From the NCBI GenBank assembly GCA_021463465.1, contig JAJTYH010000002.1, positions 73,799-137,798 of the forward strand: a stretch of DNA of 64,000 nt. The letters run 5' to 3'. This stretch comes from a bacterium. Its GTDB lineage: Bacteria > Patescibacteriota > Dojkabacteria > SC72. The stretch's first letter is position 1; each line of letters opens with the position of its first letter. Below are positions 9,404 through 18,792 of this stretch, one piece after another. A program made the position numbers and the translations under genes. Below the pieces are notes generated by a model. It was not told the DNA's origin. It did no database searches and saw nothing but the letters and a program-made list of their open reading frames with translations.

Positions 9404-9619
9404 GTAACCTTCCAGTGATTCGATTAACTTTCCACATCTTCTGGAACACTTAGGACATTGAAACCAAAGTCTTTCTCCTCCACCATTTGTATTTGTTGTT
9501 GTCATCGGGACATTAACTCCATCAAGATCAAGCTTTGACTTGATTAAAGCTTCGATTACCTTACTCCGAACACTTCTAACCAGCTCATGAATTGTAATGC
9601 TCTTAGAATAACCCGTCAT
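9380..9619 (-). CDS. Small zinc-ribbon protein typical of mobile elements
   Basis: GGGERLWFQCPKC...C.KL...YLCIRC. Confidence 0.65.
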   Translation of the reverse strand: MTGYSKSITIHELVRSVRSKVIEALIKSKLDLDGVNVPMTTTNTNGGGERLWFQCPKCSRRCGKLIESLEGYLCIRCAK

Positions 9620-10185
9620 TGATTCTCGGGAATTATTTTATCCTTTTGCACAACATTCAACTGCTGATTAGTTCCAAATAGATTGTTTAGAGTACCAATC
9701 TTCACATTTATTGGACGTGCTCTGAGCTGGATAAGCAATTTCATATTGTCCTCGTAATGTTTATGCGCTCTATCCAGTTCTCGACCTATCATTGAACAGT
9801 ATCTGTCTCTGCCAAATAACAAATCGGGATTATTTAAGAAGCTGTTAAACGATGTTGTTAGCTGAAGAATACGCACATACGAAACTGCTATATTATGAAT
9901 GATTATTTTCTCCGAAGGTTTAACGACTTTCAGTTCATTCTCAAGGTCTCTCACAATCTGAACAATGTACGACTTATACTCCTCGTCTACAGCTTTAGAA
10001 AGTAGTGAAAGGTTATCCATGTTCAATGAATACATATACTTTTTTGCTAGAAGACACGTTTCAACAGATGCTTTCCCTTCATCTTTGTTGTATGACTTCA
10101 CTAGCTCATCACCCAGAAATTCTGGGTCATCCTTGTTTAAATATATTTTCTTAACCTCTTTAATCCCTTTATTCATACTATTCAT
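9616..10185 (-). CDS. Hypothetical mobile-element protein
   Basis: 189-aa ORF with a 4-nt overlap to the downstream zinc-ribbon gene. Confidence 0.6.
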   Translation of the reverse strand: MNSMNKGIKEVKKIYLNKDDPEFLGDELVKSYNKDEGKASVETCLLAKKYMYSLNMDNLSLLSKAVDEEYKSYIVQIVRDLENELKVVKPSEKIIIHNIAVSYVRILQLTTSFNSFLNNPDLLFGRDRYCSMIGRELDRAHKHYEDNMKLLIQLRARPINVKIGTLNNLFGTNQQLNVVQKDKIIPENQ

Positions 10186-10241
10186 TTTACATCAAAATAA
10201 TGATTAAGTAACATTACCGTACCGCCATCAAAGCTGTATAA

Positions 10242-11144
10242 TTGACGTATCTAAATCAGATTAAATATATGGAACCATTAACAAGCCTTAACCTCAATAT
10301 AATCCCTCCGGAAAAGCCTAAAAAAAGAGGAAAACTTAAATATAAAGAAGGATTTTTAGTTGAGAATAAATACGATGACCCGTATATAGAGGTCGAGTAC
10401 ACTGTAAGAATTAAGAATGCGATTTCAATGTCGAAATTACTTAATGTCTGTCCATGGTTTGTAGAAATTGTAAGTAAATTTAGAAAAACACATAAACTAG
10501 AGGGCAATGAATTCACTCTAGAAGATCTAAAAATACTTAATGAGGATCTATTCTCCGAATGGAATATTGAAACGCACCCATACAAAGTCAATTTATCTTT
10601 TATTGATAAACTTAGCCTCAATCGTGCAAGGGAGATATATAAAAGTGCGATACATATGTGTGAAGAGCTAGAAACAGCCAGTAATTTTAAAACTATTGAG
10701 AAGTACCTAAAAAGATTTGACACTCATTTAGTCAATATTCTCTTAACAAATTCAATTGATCTAAGTAGATACTCCGTATATGCAGGCATTGCTATTATTC
10801 CAGGAGAGTTCCTAATAAATGTTGATAGGAATGCTAAGTATATTGAACTTGATTCGGAAGTTACTATCCCAACCTTAGTTTCATATATCAAGAACTATAG
10901 CTTTGCAATAAGTTCCGGTCAGGAGATTGATGCTCTCAATATTGATGATAAAACAGTTGATCTTTTAAGATACGGTTTTGTAGATAGCTACGGTAAATAT
11001 AATAAGTTGATGGTAAAGAGTAGCCATTATCCCCATCAAAAGTATTCTGCGATAAAACTTAAGGATATGTTTAAACGGAAGAAACAGTATCTTAAGGAAA
11101 AAGGGCTCATTTCATTATTTAGGGAAACTTCTACAGCCAGTTAA
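10242..11144 (+). CDS. Hypothetical protein
   Basis: 300-aa ORF; true start may be the ATG at 10269. Confidence 0.55.
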   Translation: MTYLNQIKYMEPLTSLNLNIIPPEKPKKRGKLKYKEGFLVENKYDDPYIEVEYTVRIKNAISMSKLLNVCPWFVEIVSKFRKTHKLEGNEFTLEDLKILNEDLFSEWNIETHPYKVNLSFIDKLSLNRAREIYKSAIHMCEELETASNFKTIEKYLKRFDTHLVNILLTNSIDLSRYSVYAGIAIIPGEFLINVDRNAKYIELDSEVTIPTLVSYIKNYSFAISSGQEIDALNIDDKTVDLLRYGFVDSYGKYNKLMVKSSHYPHQKYSAIKLKDMFKRKKQYLKEKGLISLFRETSTAS

Positions 11145-11208
11145 AATTACCGCCGACTTACTAAAAATTTAGCTGTAGGATTGGGTTGTTAAGATAAAAC
11201 CCAATCAA

Positions 11209-11463
11209 ATGAAGAATCATAAGATATCAGATACATTTTTAGCAGCCACATTGGTCGCATTAGGGATATCAATAGCAGACATTGATAGAACCAATCCTCA
11301 GAGGTGCATATTCCTTTTTGAAAGTTCCGAATTAGTAGATCAGTACATTCAGCAGTACTTGCTAAATCAACTGAAGGTAAATCCTGCAACACTCTTGCAG
11401 TCTTACAAATACGTTTTATCTCAGTTACACGACAACAGACCTGATGACTTCTTCAATAGATAA
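11209..11463 (+). CDS. DUF5659-like small protein
   Basis: SDTFLAATLVALG...CIFLFE pattern, upstream of the primase. Confidence 0.6.
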   Translation: MKNHKISDTFLAATLVALGISIADIDRTNPQRCIFLFESSELVDQYIQQYLLNQLKVNPATLLQSYKYVLSQLHDNRPDDFFNR

Positions 11464-11581
11464 ACTTAAAGCTCTAATTAGGAAATACTACGGAAAGGAG
11501 GTAACAGACTATGAAGCTGAAGAGATAAGGAAAAAGTTAATTAAGCTAGTCAGACTAGCATACTTAAAGAATGTTAAATAA
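11444..11581 (+). CDS. Small 45-aa protein below the ORF-track cut-off
   Basis: MTSSIDKLKALIRKYYGKEVTDYEAEEIRKKLIKLVRLAYLKNVK*; fills the gap between the DUF5659-like gene and the primase. Confidence 0.6.
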   Translation: MTSSIDKLKALIRKYYGKEVTDYEAEEIRKKLIKLVRLAYLKNVK

Positions 11582-11599
11582 TTTTTAAATATTGATTAT

Positions 11600-13681
11600 A
11601 TGAATAACATCAAAGAATTACTGCAAAAGCACAACATCACAATCAAAAGAGAAGTCGGACATGAACTCATGGTTGATTGTCTCTTCAATAGCTGCGACGA
11701 AGATAGCAGACAGAATGAAGCACATCTTTATATAAATTCACAGACCGGTGCATTTGATTGTAAAAAATGCGGAACAAAAGGAGGTTTCAAAGAATTACTA
11801 GGAATACTTGGGGAAACTGAAAAAACCGAGCAGTCCAATCAGTACTCCCCATATAATTATAGTAAATACGAAGAAAAATTAACACAGGAAGACATTAACT
11901 ACCTGATCAACAAAAGAGGATTAACAATTGAGACTATCAAGAACCATCATATCGGTGTTGCGAACTTCTATAAATCACGATGGCTAACAATCCCATACTT
12001 TGATGAGCAGGGTATATATAAAGAGGCATACAAGCTTCGCACTACTGTAGAAAATTATTCTCCCAAGTATAAAGTCTATCCGATTGGTGCACACATGACA
12101 CTATACGGGCTTGATAAACTCAACAAAGATTTAGACTACGTAATTATATCTGAAGGGGAGTTTGATTGTATGCTTCTACATCAGGAAGGCATGAATGCAG
12201 TCAGTGTCGGAACGGGTGCAGCTACCTTCAAAGATGAATGGTTTGAAGCACTTACTCCATACAAGAAAGTATATATTTGCTTTGATAATGATGAGGCAGG
12301 TCGGAAAGGAACAGAACAGTTAAGGACAAAACTTAGTTTCAAATGTCCAGACAAACGAATATTCAGAATAAACTTTGATTCTAAATATAAAGATATAACT
12401 GAACTTCATGTAGCTGGAGGGTCAATTGAGGATGCGTTCGCAAATGCAGAAGAAATGGAAACATATGCAACGCCTAGAAATGAGATGTCCATCCAAGAAC
12501 TACAAGGCATCCTTGATGCAACAATCAAAGAGGACGATGTAAACAAGGTCGTAACATTCCTCGCAATGCTAACGATGTATACCAAGGATTCCCAGCTGAA
12601 TTTGATGTATTCAGCACCATCGTCAACAGGAAAAAGCTACATACCGATTGAAGTATCAAAGCTATTCCCAGAAGAAGATCTTATTCAATTGGCTTATGTT
12701 TCTCCGACTGCCTTTTTTCACGATCAAGGGGAGTATGATGAAAGTAAGAATCAAATAGTAATGGACTTTCATGGAAAGGCTATAATATTTCTTGATCAAC
12801 CAAATTCTATACTCCTTGAGCGATTAAGACCGATTCTCTCTCATGATAAAGAGGAAGTACTAATCAAAATTACTGATAAGAACTTAAAAGGTGGGAATAA
12901 GACCAAGAATGTTTTGATGAAAGGATTTCCAGCAGTGATATTCTGTACAGCGAATACCAATACTAATGAACAAGAATTAACAAGAGTATTGCTCCTCAGT
13001 CCAGAAACGACACAAGAGAAAATCAAGTTTGGTATTAAAAACAGAATATTACTAGAAAGTGATAGGGAAGCCTACTACGATAAGATAGAAGCTAATATTG
13101 AAAGACAGGAGCTGAAAAAGCGAATCAAAGCTATCAAATATTCAAATATTAATCATGTGAAGGTGAACAACTGGCATGAGATATATGAAGAGTACATTGA
13201 GTCTGAACAGGTACTCAAACCAAGGCATCAACGAGATTCAGGAAAGCTTATTCAATTAATTGTTTCGTTGGCACTACTCAATCAATGGAACAGGAAGAGA
13301 ATTGATGATAAGACAATTGAAGCCTCTGAACAGGATGTTAAACAGGCTCTAGTACTCTGGAAAGAGATATCGTTAGCTCAAGACCTTGAAATACCACCAT
13401 ATGTCTTAAGTTTCCTTTACCAAGTCGTTGGACCAACAGCAATTGAACATAGTAAAAATCCAATCGTAGATGATATCGTACTAGGCAAAAGACTACTTAT
13501 AAAGCTCTATAGAGAAATTTACAAAGTGATCGTTAGCCCTAAGGAACTTCATAACAAATATATGGCTCCACTTGTAAATGCAGGAATTTTTGAAGAAATT
13601 CAGGGGTATTCGGATGGTCGTGAAAAAGATTATCTATTAACAGAGTTTGGGCTAGAAAAAATAAATATTAAGCAAGGGTAG
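11600..13681 (+). CDS. Primase-helicase replication protein (Zn finger, TOPRIM and P-loop domains)
   Basis: C..C/H...CKKCG Zn finger; EGEFD and FDNDEAG TOPRIM motifs; APSSTGKS Walker A. Confidence 0.88.
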   Translation: MNNIKELLQKHNITIKREVGHELMVDCLFNSCDEDSRQNEAHLYINSQTGAFDCKKCGTKGGFKELLGILGETEKTEQSNQYSPYNYSKYEEKLTQEDINYLINKRGLTIETIKNHHIGVANFYKSRWLTIPYFDEQGIYKEAYKLRTTVENYSPKYKVYPIGAHMTLYGLDKLNKDLDYVIISEGEFDCMLLHQEGMNAVSVGTGAATFKDEWFEALTPYKKVYICFDNDEAGRKGTEQLRTKLSFKCPDKRIFRINFDSKYKDITELHVAGGSIEDAFANAEEMETYATPRNEMSIQELQGILDATIKEDDVNKVVTFLAMLTMYTKDSQLNLMYSAPSSTGKSYIPIEVSKLFPEEDLIQLAYVSPTAFFHDQGEYDESKNQIVMDFHGKAIIFLDQPNSILLERLRPILSHDKEEVLIKITDKNLKGGNKTKNVLMKGFPAVIFCTANTNTNEQELTRVLLLSPETTQEKIKFGIKNRILLESDREAYYDKIEANIERQELKKRIKAIKYSNINHVKVNNWHEIYEEYIESEQVLKPRHQRDSGKLIQLIVSLALLNQWNRKRIDDKTIEASEQDVKQALVLWKEISLAQDLEIPPYVLSFLYQVVGPTAIEHSKNPIVDDIVLGKRLLIKLYREIYKVIVSPKELHNKYMAPLVNAGIFEEIQGYSDGREKDYLLTEFGLEKINIKQG

Positions 13682-13695
13682 GGTAACCAAAAAAG

Positions 13696-13821
13696 TTTAC
13701 AAGAGTTTGTAGACAGGTTATTATGAAGTGCTTACCTAACAATACAATACTCGAGACGAAAAGGGAGTCCAGTTCCAATGCTACGTCTCGTAGTTGTTGG
13801 GTAAGCACTGGGCTCCCTTTT
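13696..13821 (+). promoter_or_regulatory. Sigma70-type promoter and structured leader of the recombinase gene
   Basis: TTTACA-17 bp-TATTAT (13696-13724); stems 13727-13742/13794-13809 and 13752-13758/13784-13790; loop 13759-13773 complementary to 13807-13821. Confidence 0.65.
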
Positions 13822-13847
13822 GTTATTTAAATTAACAATAACTAGCG

Positions 13848-15458
13848 ATGGAACTAAAAAGAAAAGCTTCCAAATATATTCTTTATGCACGTAAATCAAC
13901 TGAAGGAGAAGACCGACAACAGGCTTCTATAGAATCTCAAATTGCTGAAATGCAAAAGATCGCTTTGGAATACGGTTTGAATATTGTAGAAGTCCTTTCG
14001 GAAAGCCGATCCGGATATAAACTTGGAAGACCTGAATTTCAACGCATGATAGGTATGCTTGATAATGGAGAAGCAGATGGAATTCTTTGTTGGAAACTTT
14101 CAAGATTGTCTAGAAATGCCGATGATGGAGGGAGGATAATAGGAATGTTGCAGAGAGGAGAAATAAAGCATATCAAGACTTACGATGGTGGTTGGTATCC
14201 CGAAGATGACCACATGATGATATTCCTAGAGTTAGGTATAAACAACAAGTTCAGCAAGGATCTCGGAACGGATACTAAGCGTGGTTTAAGGGCAAAAGCT
14301 GAACGAGGATGGTACCCATGCGCAACGTTACCTTTAGGGTATAAACACCATCCAGAAGAGGTTTTAAAGAAACATTCTGACATGGAGATCATACCTGATG
14401 AGCCCATGTTCAGTATAATAAAGGCCATGCTCAAAGAATTAGCGGAGAAAAAATTTTCTCCGAAGCAAGTCTTTGATCATGCTATCGCTAACGGCTTCCG
14501 CACACGTAAAGGTGGCATACCTTCTTTCTCTGTGTTCTATCGTATAGCGGAACATCCTTTCTATTATGGAGAATACAAATTCACAATTGACGGAGAGGAG
14601 CAAGTGTTTCAAGGAAAGCATAAACCAATGATAACAAGGGCTGAATACGAGTCTATACAGAAGGTTAAAGGTCGCGGTCACATTGTAAAACAGCAAAAGT
14701 ATTTCCACTCATTCACTGGACTAATGAAATGTGGAGAGTGTGGGTGTTTCATTACCGGAGATCCCACTAGACTGAAGACAAACAAGAAAGGGGAAGTTCG
14801 GAAGTTTACATACTATCATTGCACAAAAAAGAAAGGGCCATGTTCGCAACCTCATATCACACAAGAAGACCTGATAGAAACATTTGATAAAGTACTTAGC
14901 ATGATTCATATCCCCGAGGAATTAGTTGATTATGCATTAGAGGAAATACAAAAAGAGCATCAGGAGAAGAAGCTTGCAAGAATGGGTGTACTAAAGAATA
15001 ACCAAAAGGAGTATGAAGGACTAAGTAAAAAGCTAGATTTACTTACAGAGAAAAACTTAAACGGAGTGATAGATGATGAGGAATACAAAAGAAAAAGAGA
15101 TCAGATTAAATCCCATATGTCACTAGTACAATCACTAATCAACACCAATGATAGTTCAAGAGATGAATGGCTGATGAGAGTAAAGAAGAGGTTATCGTTC
15201 GCAGAAAGGGCATGTAGAACATTCAGAACAGGGTCTCCGGAGCTAAAGAAGGACATCATGATGGAGTTACAGTCTCAAATCATCGTTAAGGATAAGAGTA
15301 TAAAGCTAGATCTAGACCCATTACTAAGCCTCTTTTTCAAGAAGCCTAATCAACACGATCTTGAAAAAATATTGGTTCGAACCAAAACAAATGAAGTAGG
15401 GACAAACATATTCGAAATTTTCTTTTCCAACAATTCCATCTGGGGTGGAAGATGTTGA
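13848..15458 (+). CDS. Large serine recombinase (island B integrase)
   Basis: YARKS catalytic Ser, SRLSRN, PLGY, recombinase domain, CGECG Zn ribbon, coiled coil. Confidence 0.95.
   Translation: MELKRKASKYILYARKSTEGEDRQQASIESQIAEMQKIALEYGLNIVEVLSESRSGYKLGRPEFQRMIGMLDNGEADGILCWKLSRLSRNADDGGRIIGMLQRGEIKHIKTYDGGWYPEDDHMMIFLELGINNKFSKDLGTDTKRGLRAKAERGWYPCATLPLGYKHHPEEVLKKHSDMEIIPDEPMFSIIKAMLKELAEKKFSPKQVFDHAIANGFRTRKGGIPSFSVFYRIAEHPFYYGEYKFTIDGEEQVFQGKHKPMITRAEYESIQKVKGRGHIVKQQKYFHSFTGLMKCGECGCFITGDPTRLKTNKKGEVRKFTYYHCTKKKGPCSQPHITQEDLIETFDKVLSMIHIPEELVDYALEEIQKEHQEKKLARMGVLKNNQKEYEGLSKKLDLLTEKNLNGVIDDEEYKRKRDQIKSHMSLVQSLINTNDSSRDEWLMRVKKRLSFAERACRTFRTGSPELKKDIMMELQSQIIVKDKSIKLDLDPLLSLFFKKPNQHDLEKILVRTKTNEVGTNIFEIFFSNNSIWGGRC
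15441..15454. repeat. att core: duplicated tRNA-His 3' end (TGGGGTGGAAGATG)
   Basis: Identical to 24537-24550. Confidence 0.92.
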
Positions 15459-15631
15459 GTTTTACAAACATTCAACGCAAACTACTCTTAGTGAAATGAT
15501 AAACCTTCAAAATTTACTTAACAAGGCGATTAAAGAATTCACAGAGATTGTAGATAGGCATAAAAACGATAATAATTCTTCTAATGCTATTAGTTACATT
15601 CTATGATATTAGGGGAGGTTATTACAAACAA

Positions 15632-16312
15632 TTAAGAGACATCAGTAGTAATATCCTTGTCAGAATACCTTACTAACCGTCCTGGAGAAAATTGTGATAC
15701 TCCTGTAGTAACAGTATCTCCAAAAAACAGCCTCTTATTCAACTCAGAAGGTATCGGTACCTGGCCAGTAAACATACCATCGGTAATTCCAAGTTTACGG
15801 TAATATGCTTCAACGGAAGAAGTTCCAGTATCTAGGTCTCTCACTAGTTCCGATAAATGAGACCTTTGTGGGTTATTGAGAATATCTTCTTTAATATCGC
15901 AATATACTTTATAAAAATCTTCGAATAAATTTTTGCAACTTATAAACAACTCTTTATTTCTAGTAAACTTCAAGTGCAAACCTGGATTATTAATATGAAC
16001 TAAGATACCTTTTTTAGTCAAGAAGTAATGTGCAGTTCCATTCCTTATTGCAAGACGAATTGTTTTACCACATTCATCAGTGTATATCTCTTTATATTAC
16101 TTTAAGTTCTGCCAAAATGCATAATAAGCATCATCACCTTCTTTGCCGGACATAATCATTCCGATTAATTCCATTCCAGAGACAATAGTTTGTAGACAAG
16201 GATATGCGACTCTACCGTATCTTTTCGCGGGAATCGAAAAAATTGATTTGATGTCTTCAATAAGATATTTGTCTACTTTATCAAAAAAAGCTGATAAATC
16301 TGAATTATCCAT
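15632..16312 (-). pseudogene. HEPN-like protein interrupted by an in-frame TAA (16097-16099)
   Basis: ORFs 16097-16312 and 15632-16021 share a frame; the linker reads *YKEIYTDECGKTIRLAIRNGTAHYF and contains an RxxxxH motif. Confidence 0.72.
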
Positions 16313-17099
16313 TTTTCTTCAGTGATTTTATAAATATTATTGTCTCAACCGTAAAGAATAAAACTAATCGTGCTTCATTAAGACTAAATTCTGTTTTTTC
16401 AGCATCACTTCCTTGGTGTTTGACACCCTTGTTATTATAAAAGACAAAATTAGTTGCGAATTCTTGAATCATGGCAATAAGTCTTTCTGAAACTTGATGT
16501 GAAGCAAGATAGTTTTCTAATCTTGATTTTGCACCATCTTGCTTTGCGACATTCTTTTCTAGACTTGAATCGTAAATAGTTTCTCTTAAAGCATTTTCAA
16601 AAGCTAGCCGAGAATCATCAATAACATTTCTTAAATATTTGCCTTCGGACAGTTTATCGTAAGCGGAAATAATTAGTTCTTCAACATTCTTCACATCTTT
16701 TAAAAGGGGGAGGGAAGTAGATAGTCTCTCCTTATCAATTGTTTGTTCGCTTTCCTCTTGGACTGCCTTTTTGAAACTTTCTAACCATCTACTAACCTGA
16801 TAGAAACTCTGTTTTAAGTATTCAGGGTCAATATGGTCAGAGACCACATCACCCGGCCTTGGCACGTGATGCCATACTGTTGGCATACCTGGAATCCCAT
16901 GCCCTTTTTCAAGGATAAGATTCAAAATTTCGTTATCGTCACCAATCAATACTTCTAGATTTGATACAAACTCTTGTGTTTCATCCTTTAATCTTTTCAA
17001 GTGTTCCTCTTTTACGACATTATTATTTATTAGCTTCTGATATCTAAGAAGCTTGCTATCGAATATATTAATTTCTTTACTTATATCTCCTATCACCAT
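16305..17099 (-). CDS. Abortive-infection C-terminal (Abi_C/HEPN-like) protein
   Basis: DSRLAFENALR...YNNKGVKHQG...EARLVL resembles the Abi_C/HEPN fold. Confidence 0.55.
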   Translation of the reverse strand: MVIGDISKEINIFDSKLLRYQKLINNNVVKEEHLKRLKDETQEFVSNLEVLIGDDNEILNLILEKGHGIPGMPTVWHHVPRPGDVVSDHIDPEYLKQSFYQVSRWLESFKKAVQEESEQTIDKERLSTSLPLLKDVKNVEELIISAYDKLSEGKYLRNVIDDSRLAFENALRETIYDSSLEKNVAKQDGAKSRLENYLASHQVSERLIAMIQEFATNFVFYNNKGVKHQGSDAEKTEFSLNEARLVLFFTVETIIFIKSLKKNG

Positions 17100-17107
17100 A
17101 AGTATAA

Positions 17108-17719
17108 TTATTCGAAAATATCCATTATGTTAATTGTATCTTTCTCAAGCCTTTCAAATTTAATTACCCCAACAGTCCTCCTATTCTCATCATTAGTGTA
17201 ATGTCCTTCAAGCAGGTTGGAGTTTATTACTTTCAAATAACTAAAACCTTCATGCATTCCACCGTTTGTACTATTTTGTAAAGTGCTATCTTTCGGCCTA
17301 TTGATGTATTTGTACAAAAGATACCATCTACCATTTTGTTCTTGTTCCATTAAGCAAATAGTGCTATCTGAACACGAATTAGCAAACTCAGTTGAAACAA
17401 ATAATTTTAAATAATTCTGCTTGATTTCAGCAACACCTTCATACTCATTGGCACGATTATCATAGGAAGATTTCACAGTAACTTTCCATTTTCCCGAAAG
17501 ACAGGGTTTAAATCTCAGACCAAAAACATATGCAATCGTTGTAACAAACTTCGGGTAATCCAACTTCCAAAGAAAATTATTCCACAACGCAACCAGGAAG
17601 AGAATAATTACAACAACAGCCGAAGTAGGAATAACCTTATTGTCGAAAAATGAATTCACACCATGAATAATTAGGGTAATTGTAATCAAAACAGATATAG
17701 TTTTCTTATAATCATTCAT
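17108..17719 (-). CDS. cap15: CBASS Cap15-like effector (2TM plus beta-barrel)
   Basis: Two N-terminal TM helices, P.LSGKW, IKQ, LLYKY.NRP, MHEG, LEGHY.ND.NRRTVG; directly downstream of the CD-NTase. Confidence 0.85.
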   Translation of the reverse strand: MNDYKKTISVLITITLIIHGVNSFFDNKVIPTSAVVVIILFLVALWNNFLWKLDYPKFVTTIAYVFGLRFKPCLSGKWKVTVKSSYDNRANEYEGVAEIKQNYLKLFVSTEFANSCSDSTICLMEQEQNGRWYLLYKYINRPKDSTLQNSTNGGMHEGFSYLKVINSNLLEGHYTNDENRRTVGVIKFERLEKDTINIMDIFE

Positions 17720-17725
17720 CGAAGT

Positions 17726-18649
17726 TTACCTTTCAATATACTCTCCAGCTTTATTTAAATATGTTATAGCATCGTTTAAATCCCAGTTATTCGTAAATAG
17801 TGAATCTTGTTCATTTGCACACTGAAAACCACCAATACGATTAGACTTCACAGCATCAAACAAAAACTGCATTGTTACTATTGTAGAATTAAATAAATCT
17901 CCATCAAAACATGGGCTAGAACAATTGTAAATTAGATTCTCTATGAAGTATGACGGGGCTAATCCTTTCTGCAAGTCTCCAGTTTCTTCAAGTTCTCGTT
18001 TAATATTCTTGAATATCCTCACTACTTTTTTGAATACTCCATCTGTATCAATATTTTTTGACTCACAGTTTTTCAAGTGAAGTTTTGGATAATTAATTAT
18101 TTGTGTATTCTCGTCTGTATCATAGAATTTGATACCAGGAACAAAGTCTTGGTCGCTTAGTGATAGAAACCTTTTGTAGAACCGGAAAGAAAAACAAGGA
18201 ACAACATCAGCATTAACCTTTCCATAACTTTCGGGAATCCTCAAACATTTAGCATGAGGTTCAATGTTTTTAAATGTTTTTACCAAGGCTAATAACAAAG
18301 CCTCTTTATATTCTTTAAACGTAATCAAAGCATCCGAAAAAGATTGTTCATACTTAACCTTTTCCTCATCAGATAATTGCGTAATATCACGGCCAAAGAC
18401 TGACTGAAGTTCAACCACAATATCAACATCACTATTATTAGAGATGTTTGTATGGTTTGCGTATGACCCTTGCAAGTATACGTCATATGTAAAATTTGAT
18501 AGGCTGAATTTTTTCTTAAGTTCCTCAATATCTAAATTCGAATCTAATGCCTCAATTACTTTATCTTTTGTAGATATAATCTTCGCTGTTTCCTTTTCAT
18601 CAGGTGGACTAGCAAATTGAGTGAGTTGGTTTAAAGAAATCCTGTTTAT
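17726..18649 (-). CDS. CBASS CD-NTase (cGAS/DncV-like, CdnE-like)
   Basis: QGSYANHTN...SDVDIVV, ADVVP, NYPKLH, VRIFKN, PSYFIENLIYN. The frame stays open 58 codons upstream of the track's TTG, to an ATA at 18649. Confidence 0.9.
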   Translation of the reverse strand: MNRISLNQLTQFASPPDEKETAKIISTKDKVIEALDSNLDIEELKKKFSLSNFTYDVYLQGSYANHTNISNNSDVDIVVELQSVFGRDITQLSDEEKVKYEQSFSDALITFKEYKEALLLALVKTFKNIEPHAKCLRIPESYGKVNADVVPCFSFRFYKRFLSLSDQDFVPGIKFYDTDENTQIINYPKLHLKNCESKNIDTDGVFKKVVRIFKNIKRELEETGDLQKGLAPSYFIENLIYNCSSPCFDGDLFNSTIVTMQFLFDAVKSNRIGGFQCANEQDSLFTNNWDLNDAITYLNKAGEYIER

Positions 18650-18792
18650 TTATACTTAAATTACCAGCTAATTTTACCACTTTTCGATTATTTTTTAAGT
18701 AGATATCTCTATAAATCGTTAATATTTAAAACTAATTATGAGTTAATTTTCAGACTTGAAATAAAAGTCTTTTTAGCAAATAATGTAAGTAT

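Larger units (their letters stand above)
1..15454. mobile_element. Integrative defence island B (left end outside window): defence cargo, primase-helicase and large serine recombinase
   Basis: Ends at a copy of the tRNA-His 3' end (15441-15454) that lies inside the recombinase 3' end. Dense defence cargo; no virion or conjugation genes seen. Confidence 0.85.

Noticed and set aside
13677-13689. GGGTAGGGTAACC as a fourth copy of the GGTATACC repeat core
   Set aside because: Similarity is too short and requires a gap.
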